IMG/VR virus record: IMGVR_UViG_3300028800_000003
Location: 55,740-119,739 of that record
Length of the DNA stretch: 64,000 nucleotides
Source of the DNA: a virus
Strand: one strand, 5' to 3'
Part shown: positions 23,101 through 32,859 of the stretch, piece after piece
Position numbering within the stretch: the stretch's first letter is position 1
Layout of the letters: each line of letters opens with the position of its first letter
Made by a program: the position numbers and the translations under genes
Notes under the pieces: model-generated
Seen by the model: the letters and a program-made list of their open reading frames with translations, nothing else
Told to the model about the DNA's origin: nothing
Databases searched by the model: none

Positions 23101-26100
23101 TTAGACCGGCAGCGTCGGCGTATGGGCGTATGGATCGGGCATGCGCGCCCCGCGCGTCGGCTGGTTACCCATTCTCGCCGTATGGCGATGCACCGACTTG
23201 GTGATCGTGCGGCCGTCGAGTTTCGTCGTGTGATGAATGGTCACGTCGTGTCCGGCAGGCTGCGCGATGGCATCCGACGGCGTGTCGCCTGATTCTCCGG
23301 CGTGGGCTTCAAAATCGTGCCGCCACTGCGCAGTACCGCGGCCCGCATTCCAATCGCCGTAGATATTGCCGTGGCCTTTTCCCCAGACGTGGAAATGATT
23401 AAGGATGTAGCGACCGTTTGGATCGCTTACCATTCCCTGGTCGGTGGCGCCCTTGATCGTATCCGAGCCTGCGAGCGCAGCGTCGATGGCGGCATTCATC
23501 TTCGCCATCAGCTTCGGATTATTCCGAAGACGACGCATGAATGCCGGCAACTGTCCGCGATTGATCGGCCCATAGAAGCCGCTGTGCAATGCCTGCATCA
23601 GCGACTTGTGCTGAAATGACGATCGGTTCATTGCCGATTCGGCAGTCTGCGTCGGGTTGCCTTCCGACAAAAGCATTGCGGCAAACTGTAGCCGCTTCTG
23701 AGGATCAGACAATTCCTTGCCGAAACCGGATCGAGCAGCCCTGATGTAAGCGTTGCCGTGAAGACCGGCGAGGCTTGCATCGGTGGCGGCTCCTTGCGCC
23801 GCAGCAGCGGCCGCGGCCGTGCTGGCAGGCAGATGACCGCTCCACTCGAAATGACCAAAGTCAGGATTGCGCCAATCGCCGCCCGAGATCATCCCCCACT
23901 TGTTCAATATCGAGCGGAACTGTGTGGGATGTGATTGAGCCCAGGCACGCAAGCCGGGATCAACGATATTGCGAGCGTGCTGATCGATGTCGATCGCATT
24001 GCCATAGGCGTGCTGCGACTTTCGTGACGAGCCGGCGATATTGCGGTTATTGAAGCCGCCGATGGAATTAATCGGCGCCCCAGCCGCAGCCAGATCGTTG
24101 ACGAACCCGGTGATAGCTCCTGCGGAGTATTTGTTGACTTTGAAATTCTTTCCGCCGGCAGTCACTCCGATGATGTTCGATCCAGGAGCGCCGAACTGAC
24201 CGTGCATGAAATTGACGTGGCCAGCGCCGTAACTCTGCATCGGAATGACAGAGCCCATCGGGTTGGCGCCTGGATTTGTCGTGCCGGCGCGCACGCCAGG
24301 ATTCGTCGTGACCGGGCCAGTTGGATTGCCGCCGCGACCACCGAATGGTCCTACGGCTGCGCCGCCACCAGCACCACCAGGTCCATAATAGATGCCGTTG
24401 CCGAGCGGGTTGCCACCACCACCTTCATACATGGTCGGCGACAGCAACGACGGCGCCACATAAGGAATTGGCTGGAGGTCTCGTAGGCCTTCCTTGATGC
24501 CGTCTTTGGCGCCTTGTTTGGCGCCTTTTTCGCTTCCCTCTTTCGCACCTTCCTTGGTGGCTTTCTGATCGTCTTTTCCTTTGCCGTCCCACCAATATTT
24601 GAGGGCGCCCCAGGCTCCAGAAGCAAGGCCGGTGATCGGATTGCCTGATGCAATTCCCTGACCGTAAGCCTTGCCGACGAATTTGCCGAAGCCGCTATCG
24701 CCGCCTGGAAGAACCTTCCCAAGCATCTTCAACATTTCGTCGAAGCGTTCAAGCGTTCCAATCAAGGGTGGCAACACCACGGTAGCGATGTCCATCAGGA
24801 CATTTCGCAGGTTGGCCCACGATTGATCAAACTGCTGGACCGGCGAGTTGGTGGCGTAGTTTTTGAACAGCGCGCTGCCGCTGCGGAATTTGTTCATGTC
24901 CGCTTGCAGATCAGGCAGCATTTTCAGGATTTTCGGATCGCTCAGGAACGCCATGGCGCCGGAGCCCTGAGAGCCGAACAACTGTTGCATGATGCCGGCG
25001 CGTTGCGCCAGCGGCATGGCCTGCAAATGCGAACTGGCCATTTCCAACAGCTTCACCATGTCTGGTGCGCCGTTGGTGAACCAAGTCGGATTGTTGTTCT
25101 TGTCGACAAGGCCGAGCGCGGCCAACGCCGACTCGTGCTTCATGAAGGCCTGACGAGACATTACGCTCGTGCCAGGAAGCGCGCGCGTGCCCAACTGGCG
25201 CAGCCACGTTCCAGATTTTGTATTCAAGATGCCGCCGCGCATCATCGCGGTTTGCAACATCATGACCTGGAACGGATCGAAGCCAAGTTCGCCGAGAATC
25301 GGAACGGCGTAACCGGACGCGCGCTCCATCTGTTGCAGCTTCGCCGGGTTGACCGTCGACAGATAAGCGAACTTGTCGGCCAATTGCGCGATCTTCTGCG
25401 GATCATAGACCTTGAGCATGTGCGCAAGTCCGATGATCGAATCGACGCCTTCCTTGGTCGAGGTGCCTTTCAACTTGCCTTCGGCCGCGCCATAGGTCAG
25501 GAGTGGACCCAGCACATTCATCTTCTGTTGCCAGGACAGCCCGGTGCCGCCAAGCTGCCGAATTTCGTCGAGCGTGGCCTCGCCGAGATCATCAATGCTG
25601 CCGCCAGTCTTGGAGGCAATGCGCTTGATGATGTCCTGAATGTCCTTCATGTGCGAGGAAGAAACCCCGCCGGTGAAGACGCCCCGATAGGCGTAGTCTT
25701 CGAGCTTGCTTTGTTCGTAGATGCCAACGCCGAGAGCGGCCAGCAGCCCCTGGCCCACCATGGAATGCGTGTGCGCGTGGAAGCCGCCACCAATGTGGGT
25801 GCCGCCAGGACCGCGAAGGCTGATGCCGCCGTAGCCGCCATTGCCACGCCAACCACGGCCACCACCACCGCCAGTTCCACCACCAACTGGCAACGTCGGG
25901 CCGAAGCCGCCGCGACGCGCGCCAGCCAGGATCGAGGCTCTGGTGGCCTTGTCAGTCGCAATTGCGGCAGAGGTTGCCGCGGCGTTCACGTCGCGCCACT
26001 GTCGCGCAAGATTCTGCACGCTGGCGCCTGCCGCGCGTGTCGCGCCGGCCTGGACCCTGATGCTGGCTTCGATTTCATCGTCCAGAGCGACGAACTGATC

Positions 26101-26286
26101 CTGAACCTTTTTTAGGTTGGCATTCAGCTTGTCGAACTGGACGTTGCCCAGCTTTGACAGATTGAGCTGCGCCCATTCGATCTTGTCGTTGAGAGCATCG
26201 ACCGACTTGTTGATGCGGTTGAGGACCGCAGTGGCCTTGTCGATGATCTGAAAGACCGTGGCGACCTCGAAGGATGTCACGGGCAT
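23101..26286 (-). CDS. tape measure protein with C-terminal M15 peptidase domain
   Basis: Helical TMP core (MQQLFGSQG); SQHAYGNAIDID...GGDW...DFGHFE. Confidence 0.88.
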   Translation of the reverse strand: MPVTSFEVATVFQIIDKATAVLNRINKSVDALNDKIEWAQLNLSKLGNVQFDKLNANLKKVQDQFVALDDEIEASIRVQAGATRAAGASVQNLARQWRDVNAAATSAAIATDKATRASILAGARRGGFGPTLPVGGGTGGGGGRGWRGNGGYGGISLRGPGGTHIGGGFHAHTHSMVGQGLLAALGVGIYEQSKLEDYAYRGVFTGGVSSSHMKDIQDIIKRIASKTGGSIDDLGEATLDEIRQLGGTGLSWQQKMNVLGPLLTYGAAEGKLKGTSTKEGVDSIIGLAHMLKVYDPQKIAQLADKFAYLSTVNPAKLQQMERASGYAVPILGELGFDPFQVMMLQTAMMRGGILNTKSGTWLRQLGTRALPGTSVMSRQAFMKHESALAALGLVDKNNNPTWFTNGAPDMVKLLEMASSHLQAMPLAQRAGIMQQLFGSQGSGAMAFLSDPKILKMLPDLQADMNKFRSGSALFKNYATNSPVQQFDQSWANLRNVLMDIATVVLPPLIGTLERFDEMLKMLGKVLPGGDSGFGKFVGKAYGQGIASGNPITGLASGAWGALKYWWDGKGKDDQKATKEGAKEGSEKGAKQGAKDGIKEGLRDLQPIPYVAPSLLSPTMYEGGGGNPLGNGIYYGPGGAGGGAAVGPFGGRGGNPTGPVTTNPGVRAGTTNPGANPMGSVIPMQSYGAGHVNFMHGQFGAPGSNIIGVTAGGKNFKVNKYSAGAITGFVNDLAAAGAPINSIGGFNNRNIAGSSRKSQHAYGNAIDIDQHARNIVDPGLRAWAQSHPTQFRSILNKWGMISGGDWRNPDFGHFEWSGHLPASTAAAAAAAQGAATDASLAGLHGNAYIRAARSGFGKELSDPQKRLQFAAMLLSEGNPTQTAESAMNRSSFQHKSLMQALHSGFYGPINRGQLPAFMRRLRNNPKLMAKMNAAIDAALAGSDTIKGATDQGMVSDPNGRYILNHFHVWGKGHGNIYGDWNAGRGTAQWRHDFEAHAGESGDTPSDAIAQPAGHDVTIHHTTKLDGRTITKSVHRHTARMGNQPTRGARMPDPYAHTPTLPV

Positions 26287-26293
26287 GGCTCAA

Positions 26294-26749
26294 TCAATCC
26301 TTTTTCGTAAAAATTTCGGTCACCGTGCGGGTAATCGTCTTTTCGGCAAACGGCATGACCTCGATCGCCGACATGGCGAGGAAAGGCCGAGGCGGAATGA
26401 GCGCCGTTCCCATTTCCTGATAGAGGGCAACCTTGTCTTTGGAACCGACCTCCAACTGCACGCCGCCCGGCGTCGTGGTGACGCGGGCCTCGATCGTGTC
26501 GCGCATCTCGCCGGTGCGCAGCAGCGGATCGGTCTCTGAGACCTGGCCGGTGTAGCCAAGCCGCTCCTTCTCCTCGATCGTGCGTTCGGCAAGCGGCGGC
26601 CACTCGGGCATTTCCTGCCCGATCATCTTGTAGGCAATGCTGTGTTGCTCGACCCCGATTTCGGTGGCGTCCTTGACCAATTCAGGCCTGACGTTCCTCG
26701 CCGCCCGCGCCAGCATCGCGGAGAACTCGGCGAGCGACATCGCGGCCAT
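26294..26749 (-). CDS. HK97 gp10-like tail completion protein
   Basis: WPPLAERT...PLLRTGEMR...YQEMGTALIPPRPFL. Confidence 0.8.
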   Translation of the reverse strand: MAAMSLAEFSAMLARAARNVRPELVKDATEIGVEQHSIAYKMIGQEMPEWPPLAERTIEEKERLGYTGQVSETDPLLRTGEMRDTIEARVTTTPGGVQLEVGSKDKVALYQEMGTALIPPRPFLAMSAIEVMPFAEKTITRTVTEIFTKKD

Positions 26750-26841
26750 GGGACACCTGTGACCGCCTGCCGCACCGTCCTTGACGGGCGCAGCGCAACG
26801 GCTATGTGGGGGAGTTACAAGGGGGTGGGAAGGAGATCGCT

Positions 26842-27171
26842 ATGGCTCGAATTGCCAGGATCATGGGCGCGCTATGTATAATGTGCGCCGCGATCGCCCC
26901 ATGCCACGCGGCAACGTTGGGCGATTCTGTGCTCGTCTGTCGGTCGCGAACCGTCATGGAGAAGCTGCGCGCCTATGCGGTTGCCCAGGACAACGTCGAT
27001 TTTTTCCGCCTGCTCGGCGCCAGCAACGACATCTGCCAGACGCTCAATCGAGGTGACGATGCAGCCGCGGATGCCGAACAATCATCCGGCGGCTTGATCT
27101 GCGTGCGCACGCCAGACCATCCAGAATGTCGATGGGCAGACGAAAGACAGGCCGGCCAGTCTGGATTATGA
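26842..27171 (+). CDS. small exported Cys-containing protein (moron)
   Basis: RBS AAGGAG; signal-peptide-like N-terminus; on the opposite strand inside the tail operon. Confidence 0.7.
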   Translation: MARIARIMGALCIMCAAIAPCHAATLGDSVLVCRSRTVMEKLRAYAVAQDNVDFFRLLGASNDICQTLNRGDDAAADAEQSSGGLICVRTPDHPECRWADERQAGQSGL

Positions 27172-27390
27172 TCTTGTGTCCGGGTCCTCAAATTTCATTT
27201 TCTGAAAGTTGAATTTGGCACCGTCGAATCGTTGAAGGATCACGCACCAGGCAAAGCGATCCTGCCAAGTCAGCGAGAACGCAACATCAAACGGGACCCC
27301 GTATTTCACGAGCAACAGGCACTCGTTCAATTCGGGGTCCAGAATCAGATTGCGGAGCAGAGATTTCTGGCGCGCGCTGAGTTCACGCTT
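27166..27390 (-). CDS. tail assembly chaperone C-terminal extension (gpGT-like) or small separate ORF
   Basis: VKYGVPFDVAFSL...AWCVIL overlaps the end of the chaperone in another frame; start uncertain. Confidence 0.55.
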   Translation of the reverse strand, partial: KRELSARQKSLLRNLILDPELNECLLLVKYGVPFDVAFSLTWQDRFAWCVILQRFDGAKFNFQKMKFEDPDTRS

Positions 27391-27778
27391 TTTCGCCTTT
27401 GCCATCATCCGACTCGTCGTCTTCGTCGCCAGCATTGGCAGTGCCGAAGTCATCGATCCATGCCGAGGCAACGGCAGCGAGGCCTGCATCATCCAACTCG
27501 GCAATCAACGTATCGAGCTGCCGCTCGGTGTTGACGATCTGTGGCCGGCCGTCGATTTCCTTTACCGACATCGCCAGCATCAGTTCGTTCACCAGACGCT
27601 GATTGAGTGAGGACTCCGGCCCGATCATCTTGAACAGACGAATGCGCATCAGCGCGTTCGGCCGCACAACTCCGATCTTGCGTTTCATGGAATCCGTTTT
27701 GTAGACGATGGCATTGGCGGAATTGACGACGCTTTCGGTCGGCGTTTCAGCAACGCGCATGGCTGCTCGTTGAGCCAT
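27383..27778 (-). CDS. tail assembly chaperone
   Basis: Lies between tube and tape measure; acidic C-terminus; RBS AGGAGG. Confidence 0.75.
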   Translation of the reverse strand: MAQRAAMRVAETPTESVVNSANAIVYKTDSMKRKIGVVRPNALMRIRLFKMIGPESSLNQRLVNELMLAMSVKEIDGRPQIVNTERQLDTLIAELDDAGLAAVASAWIDDFGTANAGDEDDESDDGKGEKA

Positions 27779-27808
27779 TATAGTACCTCCTAATTTTCAG
27801 TAATTGGA

Positions 27809-28270
27809 TTACGCGGCGCTCGACTGCGTAATTTTTCGCTCGCCTGCCGAGAACTCGACACGCTGAACGATATTGCCGTCAGCCTTGTACGAGCCGGGGT
27901 CTTCAACCCAAAACATGCAACCGTTGTACTGGATGACAGTCTGGTTGCCGTTCTCCTCGGTGATCGTTTCTGTCACGATGCCAGACGCCGTATTGGTGCC
28001 CTGCCAGAAATTTCCTTCGATCGTGGCCTGATAGGTGTCGAGCGTCGCATCCATGCGGTCCACCTCGATCGTGCCTTTCCAGCCGTCAGGCATGTAGATC
28101 GGCTGCGGTGGCGAATTAAGCGGACGCGCCCAAACCTCTTTCTTCATCGGCTTGGCGTCGAAGCTCGTGATTTGGTCGGGCGGAATGACCGTGCCGCCAA
28201 CCCCGTTGCCGGTGGGGCTGTTCATCACGATCTGAACGTCACGACCTACGGTATACCCATTGACCGGCAT
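27809..28270 (-). CDS. tail tube protein
   Basis: MPVNGYTVGRD...PDGWKGTIEVDR...TITEENG; follows the sheath. Confidence 0.85.
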   Translation of the reverse strand: MPVNGYTVGRDVQIVMNSPTGNGVGGTVIPPDQITSFDAKPMKKEVWARPLNSPPQPIYMPDGWKGTIEVDRMDATLDTYQATIEGNFWQGTNTASGIVTETITEENGNQTVIQYNGCMFWVEDPGSYKADGNIVQRVEFSAGERKITQSSAA

Positions 28271-28327
28271 ACAACTTCTCCTAACAATAGATTGAAAACC
28301 GGCCGAGCAATCCCAAAATACGGGTAT

Positions 28328-28912
28328 ATGCGGGCGGTCGAAATGATTGGGCGAAAATTCGGAAGGCTAACCGTATTCTCGGAAGCCATGAAAAGGCGCG
28401 ATCAGAATACAGGGCGGTCGCGCCGATTTTTCTTCTGTGAATGCGAATGTGGCACGGTAATAACCGCGCGCGGCTCAGATTTAAGTTCGGCAAACACTAC
28501 TAGCTGCGGATGCGCTCAGATTGAGAGTGTCATCAAAAAGAACACCAAGCACGGTTTAACACCACGCCGTAAAATCAATGCCAAGAAATGGCCTGCGCCT
28601 TACCAACTTTGGGCCAACATGAAAGATCGTTGCAATAATCCCAACCACAAATCCTACAAGGATTACGGCGGGCGCGGCATCAAAGTCTGCGAACGCTGGT
28701 CAAATGGCGAAGACGGATTGAGCGGCTACGAGTGCTTTATCCTCGATGTCGGCAAGCGACCATCGAACAAACATTCGATTGACCGCTATCCAGACAACGA
28801 TGGCGATTATGGCCCGCACAATTTCCGATGGGCTACACGCTTTCAACAAAACACGAACCAGCGACGGAAGACTCCGAAGCTGGTTCATGCAGGTGTCAGA
28901 GTTTTGCCTTAG
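28328..28912 (+). CDS. HNH-family homing-type endonuclease
   Basis: GRKFGRLTV, CECECG, SCGC, MKDRCNNP...YGGRGIKVCERW, SIDR...NDGDY...RWAT. Confidence 0.88.
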   Translation: MRAVEMIGRKFGRLTVFSEAMKRRDQNTGRSRRFFFCECECGTVITARGSDLSSANTTSCGCAQIESVIKKNTKHGLTPRRKINAKKWPAPYQLWANMKDRCNNPNHKSYKDYGGRGIKVCERWSNGEDGLSGYECFILDVGKRPSNKHSIDRYPDNDGDYGPHNFRWATRFQQNTNQRRKTPKLVHAGVRVLP

Positions 28913-30960
28913 CCGGTGATGACGCCGTTGTTGTTGCTGAACCCAGGCGAGGTGGCGCCGGTTGGCAACTGCGACGTGATGGTGACGGTCTGGCCGCCTT
29001 CCAGGTCGACGATGAAATAACGAATCACCGACAGATAGATCACCTTGCAGTATGCGATCTGGTAACCAAGGGCCACCAGCGTCTGCGGATTGTCGGAGTC
29101 GTTCAACACGACCTGATAGCAGGGCGAGCCGTCGGCGGTGCCGATCAGACCCAGCGCTTCCATGTTGGCGAAGAATGCCGCCAGCGTGGTCATGGCCTGC
29201 AAACGCTCGGTCGGCGTTTGCAATTGGCCAACGTAGCTGCCGCAACCCTGGGCGATCGAACGCGCGATGAAATAAGTCATGCGCGTGTAATTGTCGCCAT
29301 TGACCGCGAGATTGCTCGACGTATTAATGCCAAGCCGCAGCGCGAAATACGTACCGCCCGGATTCGGATTGCAGATCACGTCGATGCCGGCCGCAGACAA
29401 CGCCTGGAGATCGGCGTTGGTGTATTGGATTCCGGTCTTCGATTTCTGCGTGCCGACGATGCCGTTCATCGGCTTGTTCATCGGCGTCTGCGACGGGTCC
29501 TGGTTGCCCATGAAGCCAGCCACGAAGCCCTGCGGCGAGATCATGCGCTGGGCACCGGTGACCGGATCATTGATGTAGCACCAGTCTCCAAACATCAGCT
29601 TGAAGGTGAAGTTGTCGATGCCGAACGAGGCCTTGGAGCCCTCAGTGCTGGTCTCGGTGGTCAGATTTGCGGCATTCGGCAAAGTGCCGATCATGTAGAT
29701 GCCTTCCGAGGAACCGAACGCGACCTGTGCAGACCACGTCGTGGCATCGTCGCAATCGACCAGCGCGGCAATCGAGATCAAAGCCGACCGCATCGCATAC
29801 ATGCCGGTGCGCGGCAGCGCGTCCTGGCCAACCAGGGCCGGCGTGCCACTCTGCCCGATCGAGGCCGGATTGGCGCCATCGGTGCCGCCGGACAGCGTGT
29901 AACCGGTTGCCGTAGGCGTCGATGTGCCGCCACCCGCGGTCGCGGAAACGAACTGCGACGGACCACGAAGACCAGACTGGCCATTGTTGATGGCATTGGC
30001 GATGTTAGTCCAATACGCGGTGGACGCGGTGATCGTACCAGCGCTGCCCGTGCCGCCGACGATCGTCACGTTTGGCGCGTCGCCGAAATAGCCGGAGCCG
30101 CCAGTGACCAGGATAGGCTGACCCAGTCCCCAGCCAGTCGGCGTGAGCTTTGCGCCAGTGCCGGCGCCAGTCGTCGAGGTCTGCGACATCGCGCCGGTCG
30201 GCGCAGTCTCGCCCGCCGGCACAGAGCCGGCATTGGTGACACTATAGGTGGCGATGGCGCCGGTGGTGACCGTCTCGACGGCAATTTCGACGCCGTTGGC
30301 AAACACGACATGGTCGCCAACCGCATAGCCCGTCATCGTGCCGCTGATAGTGCCGATGCCGGTCATTGTCAGTTGCGGATACGCGACAGCCTGCACGCCA
30401 TTCGGCAGCGTCGGCGCGTCGATCGTGAGCAGATCGGGGCACGCCGTGTAGTTACCGGCGGTGACCGAGAAACCGACAACGCCTTCGGAGATGCTGTCGA
30501 ACACCTCCGGCACCTGGCCGGGCATTGCCACGACCGCGCGCATGGTGTTTAGCTGCGAACCGGCGCCGAGCGAGAAATTGATGTTGTTGCCGCGCGTGCC
30601 GCTGTAGAGACCATTGACCGTCAGACAATTGGTCTGGATCACAACGGACGCGGCCGTGTCGGTGCCGTCGGTGACGCGCACCAGCCGGAACGCCTGCGCG
30701 CCCTGGAGCGTCGCCGCCCAAGTTGCCGTCATCAGGTCATACTTGCGCGGATTCGGCAGACCGAACTGCACGACGCCGCCCTGATAACCACCGACAACCT
30801 GCGGGACGTTGGTCGGACCCCAGCTTGCGGTGCCGACGAAGCCGACGATGTTGCTCGGGACCCCGTTGATCAAAAGCTGCGGCGGGATGATCTGGACGAT
30901 CAGATCAGGCACATTCAGCGCAGCGAGATTGATCTGGCCCTCTTGGACAATCTGAGGCAT
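28909..30960 (-). CDS. tail sheath protein
   Basis: NGVPSNIVGFVGTASWGP; RVTDGTD; LSGGTDG; DNYTRMTYFI. Confidence 0.92.
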   Translation of the reverse strand: MPQIVQEGQINLAALNVPDLIVQIIPPQLLINGVPSNIVGFVGTASWGPTNVPQVVGGYQGGVVQFGLPNPRKYDLMTATWAATLQGAQAFRLVRVTDGTDTAASVVIQTNCLTVNGLYSGTRGNNINFSLGAGSQLNTMRAVVAMPGQVPEVFDSISEGVVGFSVTAGNYTACPDLLTIDAPTLPNGVQAVAYPQLTMTGIGTISGTMTGYAVGDHVVFANGVEIAVETVTTGAIATYSVTNAGSVPAGETAPTGAMSQTSTTGAGTGAKLTPTGWGLGQPILVTGGSGYFGDAPNVTIVGGTGSAGTITASTAYWTNIANAINNGQSGLRGPSQFVSATAGGGTSTPTATGYTLSGGTDGANPASIGQSGTPALVGQDALPRTGMYAMRSALISIAALVDCDDATTWSAQVAFGSSEGIYMIGTLPNAANLTTETSTEGSKASFGIDNFTFKLMFGDWCYINDPVTGAQRMISPQGFVAGFMGNQDPSQTPMNKPMNGIVGTQKSKTGIQYTNADLQALSAAGIDVICNPNPGGTYFALRLGINTSSNLAVNGDNYTRMTYFIARSIAQGCGSYVGQLQTPTERLQAMTTLAAFFANMEALGLIGTADGSPCYQVVLNDSDNPQTLVALGYQIAYCKVIYLSVIRYFIVDLEGGQTVTITSQLPTGATSPGFSNNNGVITG

Positions 30961-30977
30961 TGAAAAATTTCCCTCGG

Positions 30978-31005
30978 AAAATGAAAAAGGCGCCGAAACG
31001 GCGCC
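30978..31005 (-). terminator. intrinsic terminator upstream of the sheath
   Basis: GGCGCCG-3nt-CGGCGCC followed by TTTTTCATTTT. Confidence 0.6.
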
Positions 31006-31034
31006 AGTAATTGAAAAATCAGGAACGAGACTCG

Positions 31035-31295
31035 TTATTCAGCGACGCGGATCACGTCGAAGCGAAGATCGGGCGGCTTGCTCACCAAGTCTTCTTTGTT
31101 GGTGCTCGGAATGAACTTGAAACCGGCGTCCTTGGCCATGTCGTAGATGTCTGGGCAATGGCGATCGACCAGGTCTTTCAGTGTGTCGCTGTAATAGACA
31201 TTCTGACCGACCGTCGCGAATTGCAGCCGCGTCGACAGCTTTGTCAGTAACTCCATATCGCACTGAATAATCGCCGGGCGCTTTGCCTCCACCAT
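31035..31295 (-). CDS. hypothetical protein
   Basis: RBS AGGAG; co-directional within the operon. Confidence 0.55.
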   Translation of the reverse strand: MVEAKRPAIIQCDMELLTKLSTRLQFATVGQNVYYSDTLKDLVDRHCPDIYDMAKDAGFKFIPSTNKEDLVSKPPDLRFDVIRVAE

Positions 31296-31300
31296 GGCGT

Positions 31301-31522
31301 TTACTCCTGGCCAGCCAAGGCGCCAGACAGCTTGCGCTTATCTGCCAGTTCGGCATCGCTGCGGAAAAAATCGCCGCTGGCGTGCTCGGGCTTCTCAATG
31401 ACGCGCACAACGCTGTGGCGATGCGGGCCGCGGCGCAGCTTTGCGACCAACGCCTGATCGGTGATGATCTGGCCCTTGGCGTATGACTCGAATGGCTGGG
31501 AGACAACAAGATGGATTTTCAC
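31301..31522 (-). CDS. small virion-module protein
   Basis: LVVSQPFESYAKGQIITD, a type typical just before sheath genes. Confidence 0.65.
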   Translation of the reverse strand: MKIHLVVSQPFESYAKGQIITDQALVAKLRRGPHRHSVVRVIEKPEHASGDFFRSDAELADKRKLSGALAGQE

Positions 31523-31536
31523 GGGCGTGATCCTTG

Positions 31537-32463
31537 TTAGGAATTGGTTGTCAGCGTCGGCGCATTGGACGGCACCGGAAGTTTTCCGGTGGGCGACACG
31601 GCGGCCTGGACTTGCTGTTGAGCAGCGCCAATCTCGTGAGCCGTCATGGCTACGGTCTCGGCAAATTCGATCTGGAAAAACAGGTCGCGCCGATAAAGAC
31701 CTTGGGATTGCGCCGTATCGAGAGTGACTGTCCGCTCATAGCGGATCATGGCCCAGACGCCATCAATCATTGAGATGCGGTTGAGATTGCGTAGTGGCGG
31801 GCTGATGATCTTGGAAACGGCAGTGCGCCAGGTGTCGGCGTCTTGATCGGCCACGTTGCACGGAGGTGACCAGATCGTGATCTGGAATTCCTTGCATTGC
31901 TGGCCGACGATTTGAATGGCGGTTCCTGCGGCCGTAACACGCGCTTCAACCGGAAGCGTGCTGTTGACGGTAATGACGGCGCCGCTTGATGTCGTGCCTG
32001 CGAATGATCCCGCAATGAGCGCAGCGAGTCCGCTGGCGATGGAATTGACTGTGTCGGCCGGCTGCACGGCATAGGAAAAGGCCTGCACATCCGCAGACCC
32101 GCCGACCAGCGCAATGACGTTCTGCGGTGTCGCTGTCGTGCCGGCGATAGTGATCTGATTTTTCTGCGAACCGCCAACCGTCGCCGTCAACGTATGGACA
32201 GGCGCCACGGATGGAATCCAGGAAAGCGGCTTGCGCGTGGTGTTGCGTTCAACGCCAATGCGCGTGCAGACTGAAACGATGACCAATCCTGGCATCCCGG
32301 ATGCGGACTGGCTGTTAGCGAGAGTGAAATCTGCCGTCGTTGGCCAGCCGCGAGCGACCTGGCACGGCACGCCGGCCGCGCACGACTGACCGGTGCCGTT
32401 CGGATACAGATAGCCGATGATCATCGATTTGAGCGTATTCTCGACATCAGTTTCGTCGCACAT
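31537..32463 (-). CDS. neck/tail terminator protein
   Basis: YPNGTGQ...VARGWP...LYRRDL; position before the sheath. Confidence 0.7.
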   Translation of the reverse strand: MCDETDVENTLKSMIIGYLYPNGTGQSCAAGVPCQVARGWPTTADFTLANSQSASGMPGLVIVSVCTRIGVERNTTRKPLSWIPSVAPVHTLTATVGGSQKNQITIAGTTATPQNVIALVGGSADVQAFSYAVQPADTVNSIASGLAALIAGSFAGTTSSGAVITVNSTLPVEARVTAAGTAIQIVGQQCKEFQITIWSPPCNVADQDADTWRTAVSKIISPPLRNLNRISMIDGVWAMIRYERTVTLDTAQSQGLYRRDLFFQIEFAETVAMTAHEIGAAQQQVQAAVSPTGKLPVPSNAPTLTTNS

Positions 32464-32472
32464 TGAGCAACC

Positions 32473-32841
32473 TCAGATGTCGAGCAATTCGACCTGCAAT
32501 TCGTATCCCAGCAATTGAAAGTCTGGAGCGGCGACGCGATAGCGCAGACCGACATCGTCAGTGACGATGTCGCCATAGGTGATTGATCCGCACGGAGCAT
32601 TCGCGGCAGGAATCGTGATCAGATAACGTGAGCCGCGAGCATCGGTCGGCAAATCCGCTGGATTGCGCAGATTTGAGCCTCTGTAGGAAACATTGGCCGG
32701 GACGTTGGCGATGATGACGGTTTCGCCTGTCACCGGCGCGTCGCCACGAAAGCCGACATCGCCGACCTGCGGGGTATTACCGCTGGCGGCCGTCTTCATA
32801 CGGCTGACAGAAACGGTGCGCGGATAGAGCAAATTCACCAT
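32473..32841 (-). CDS. head closure/head-tail joining protein
   Basis: YPRTVSVSR...GDIVTDDVGLRYRV. Confidence 0.7.
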   Translation of the reverse strand: MVNLLYPRTVSVSRMKTAASGNTPQVGDVGFRGDAPVTGETVIIANVPANVSYRGSNLRNPADLPTDARGSRYLITIPAANAPCGSITYGDIVTDDVGLRYRVAAPDFQLLGYELQVELLDI

Positions 32842-32859
32842 CCGCGCACCTGTCTTGAT

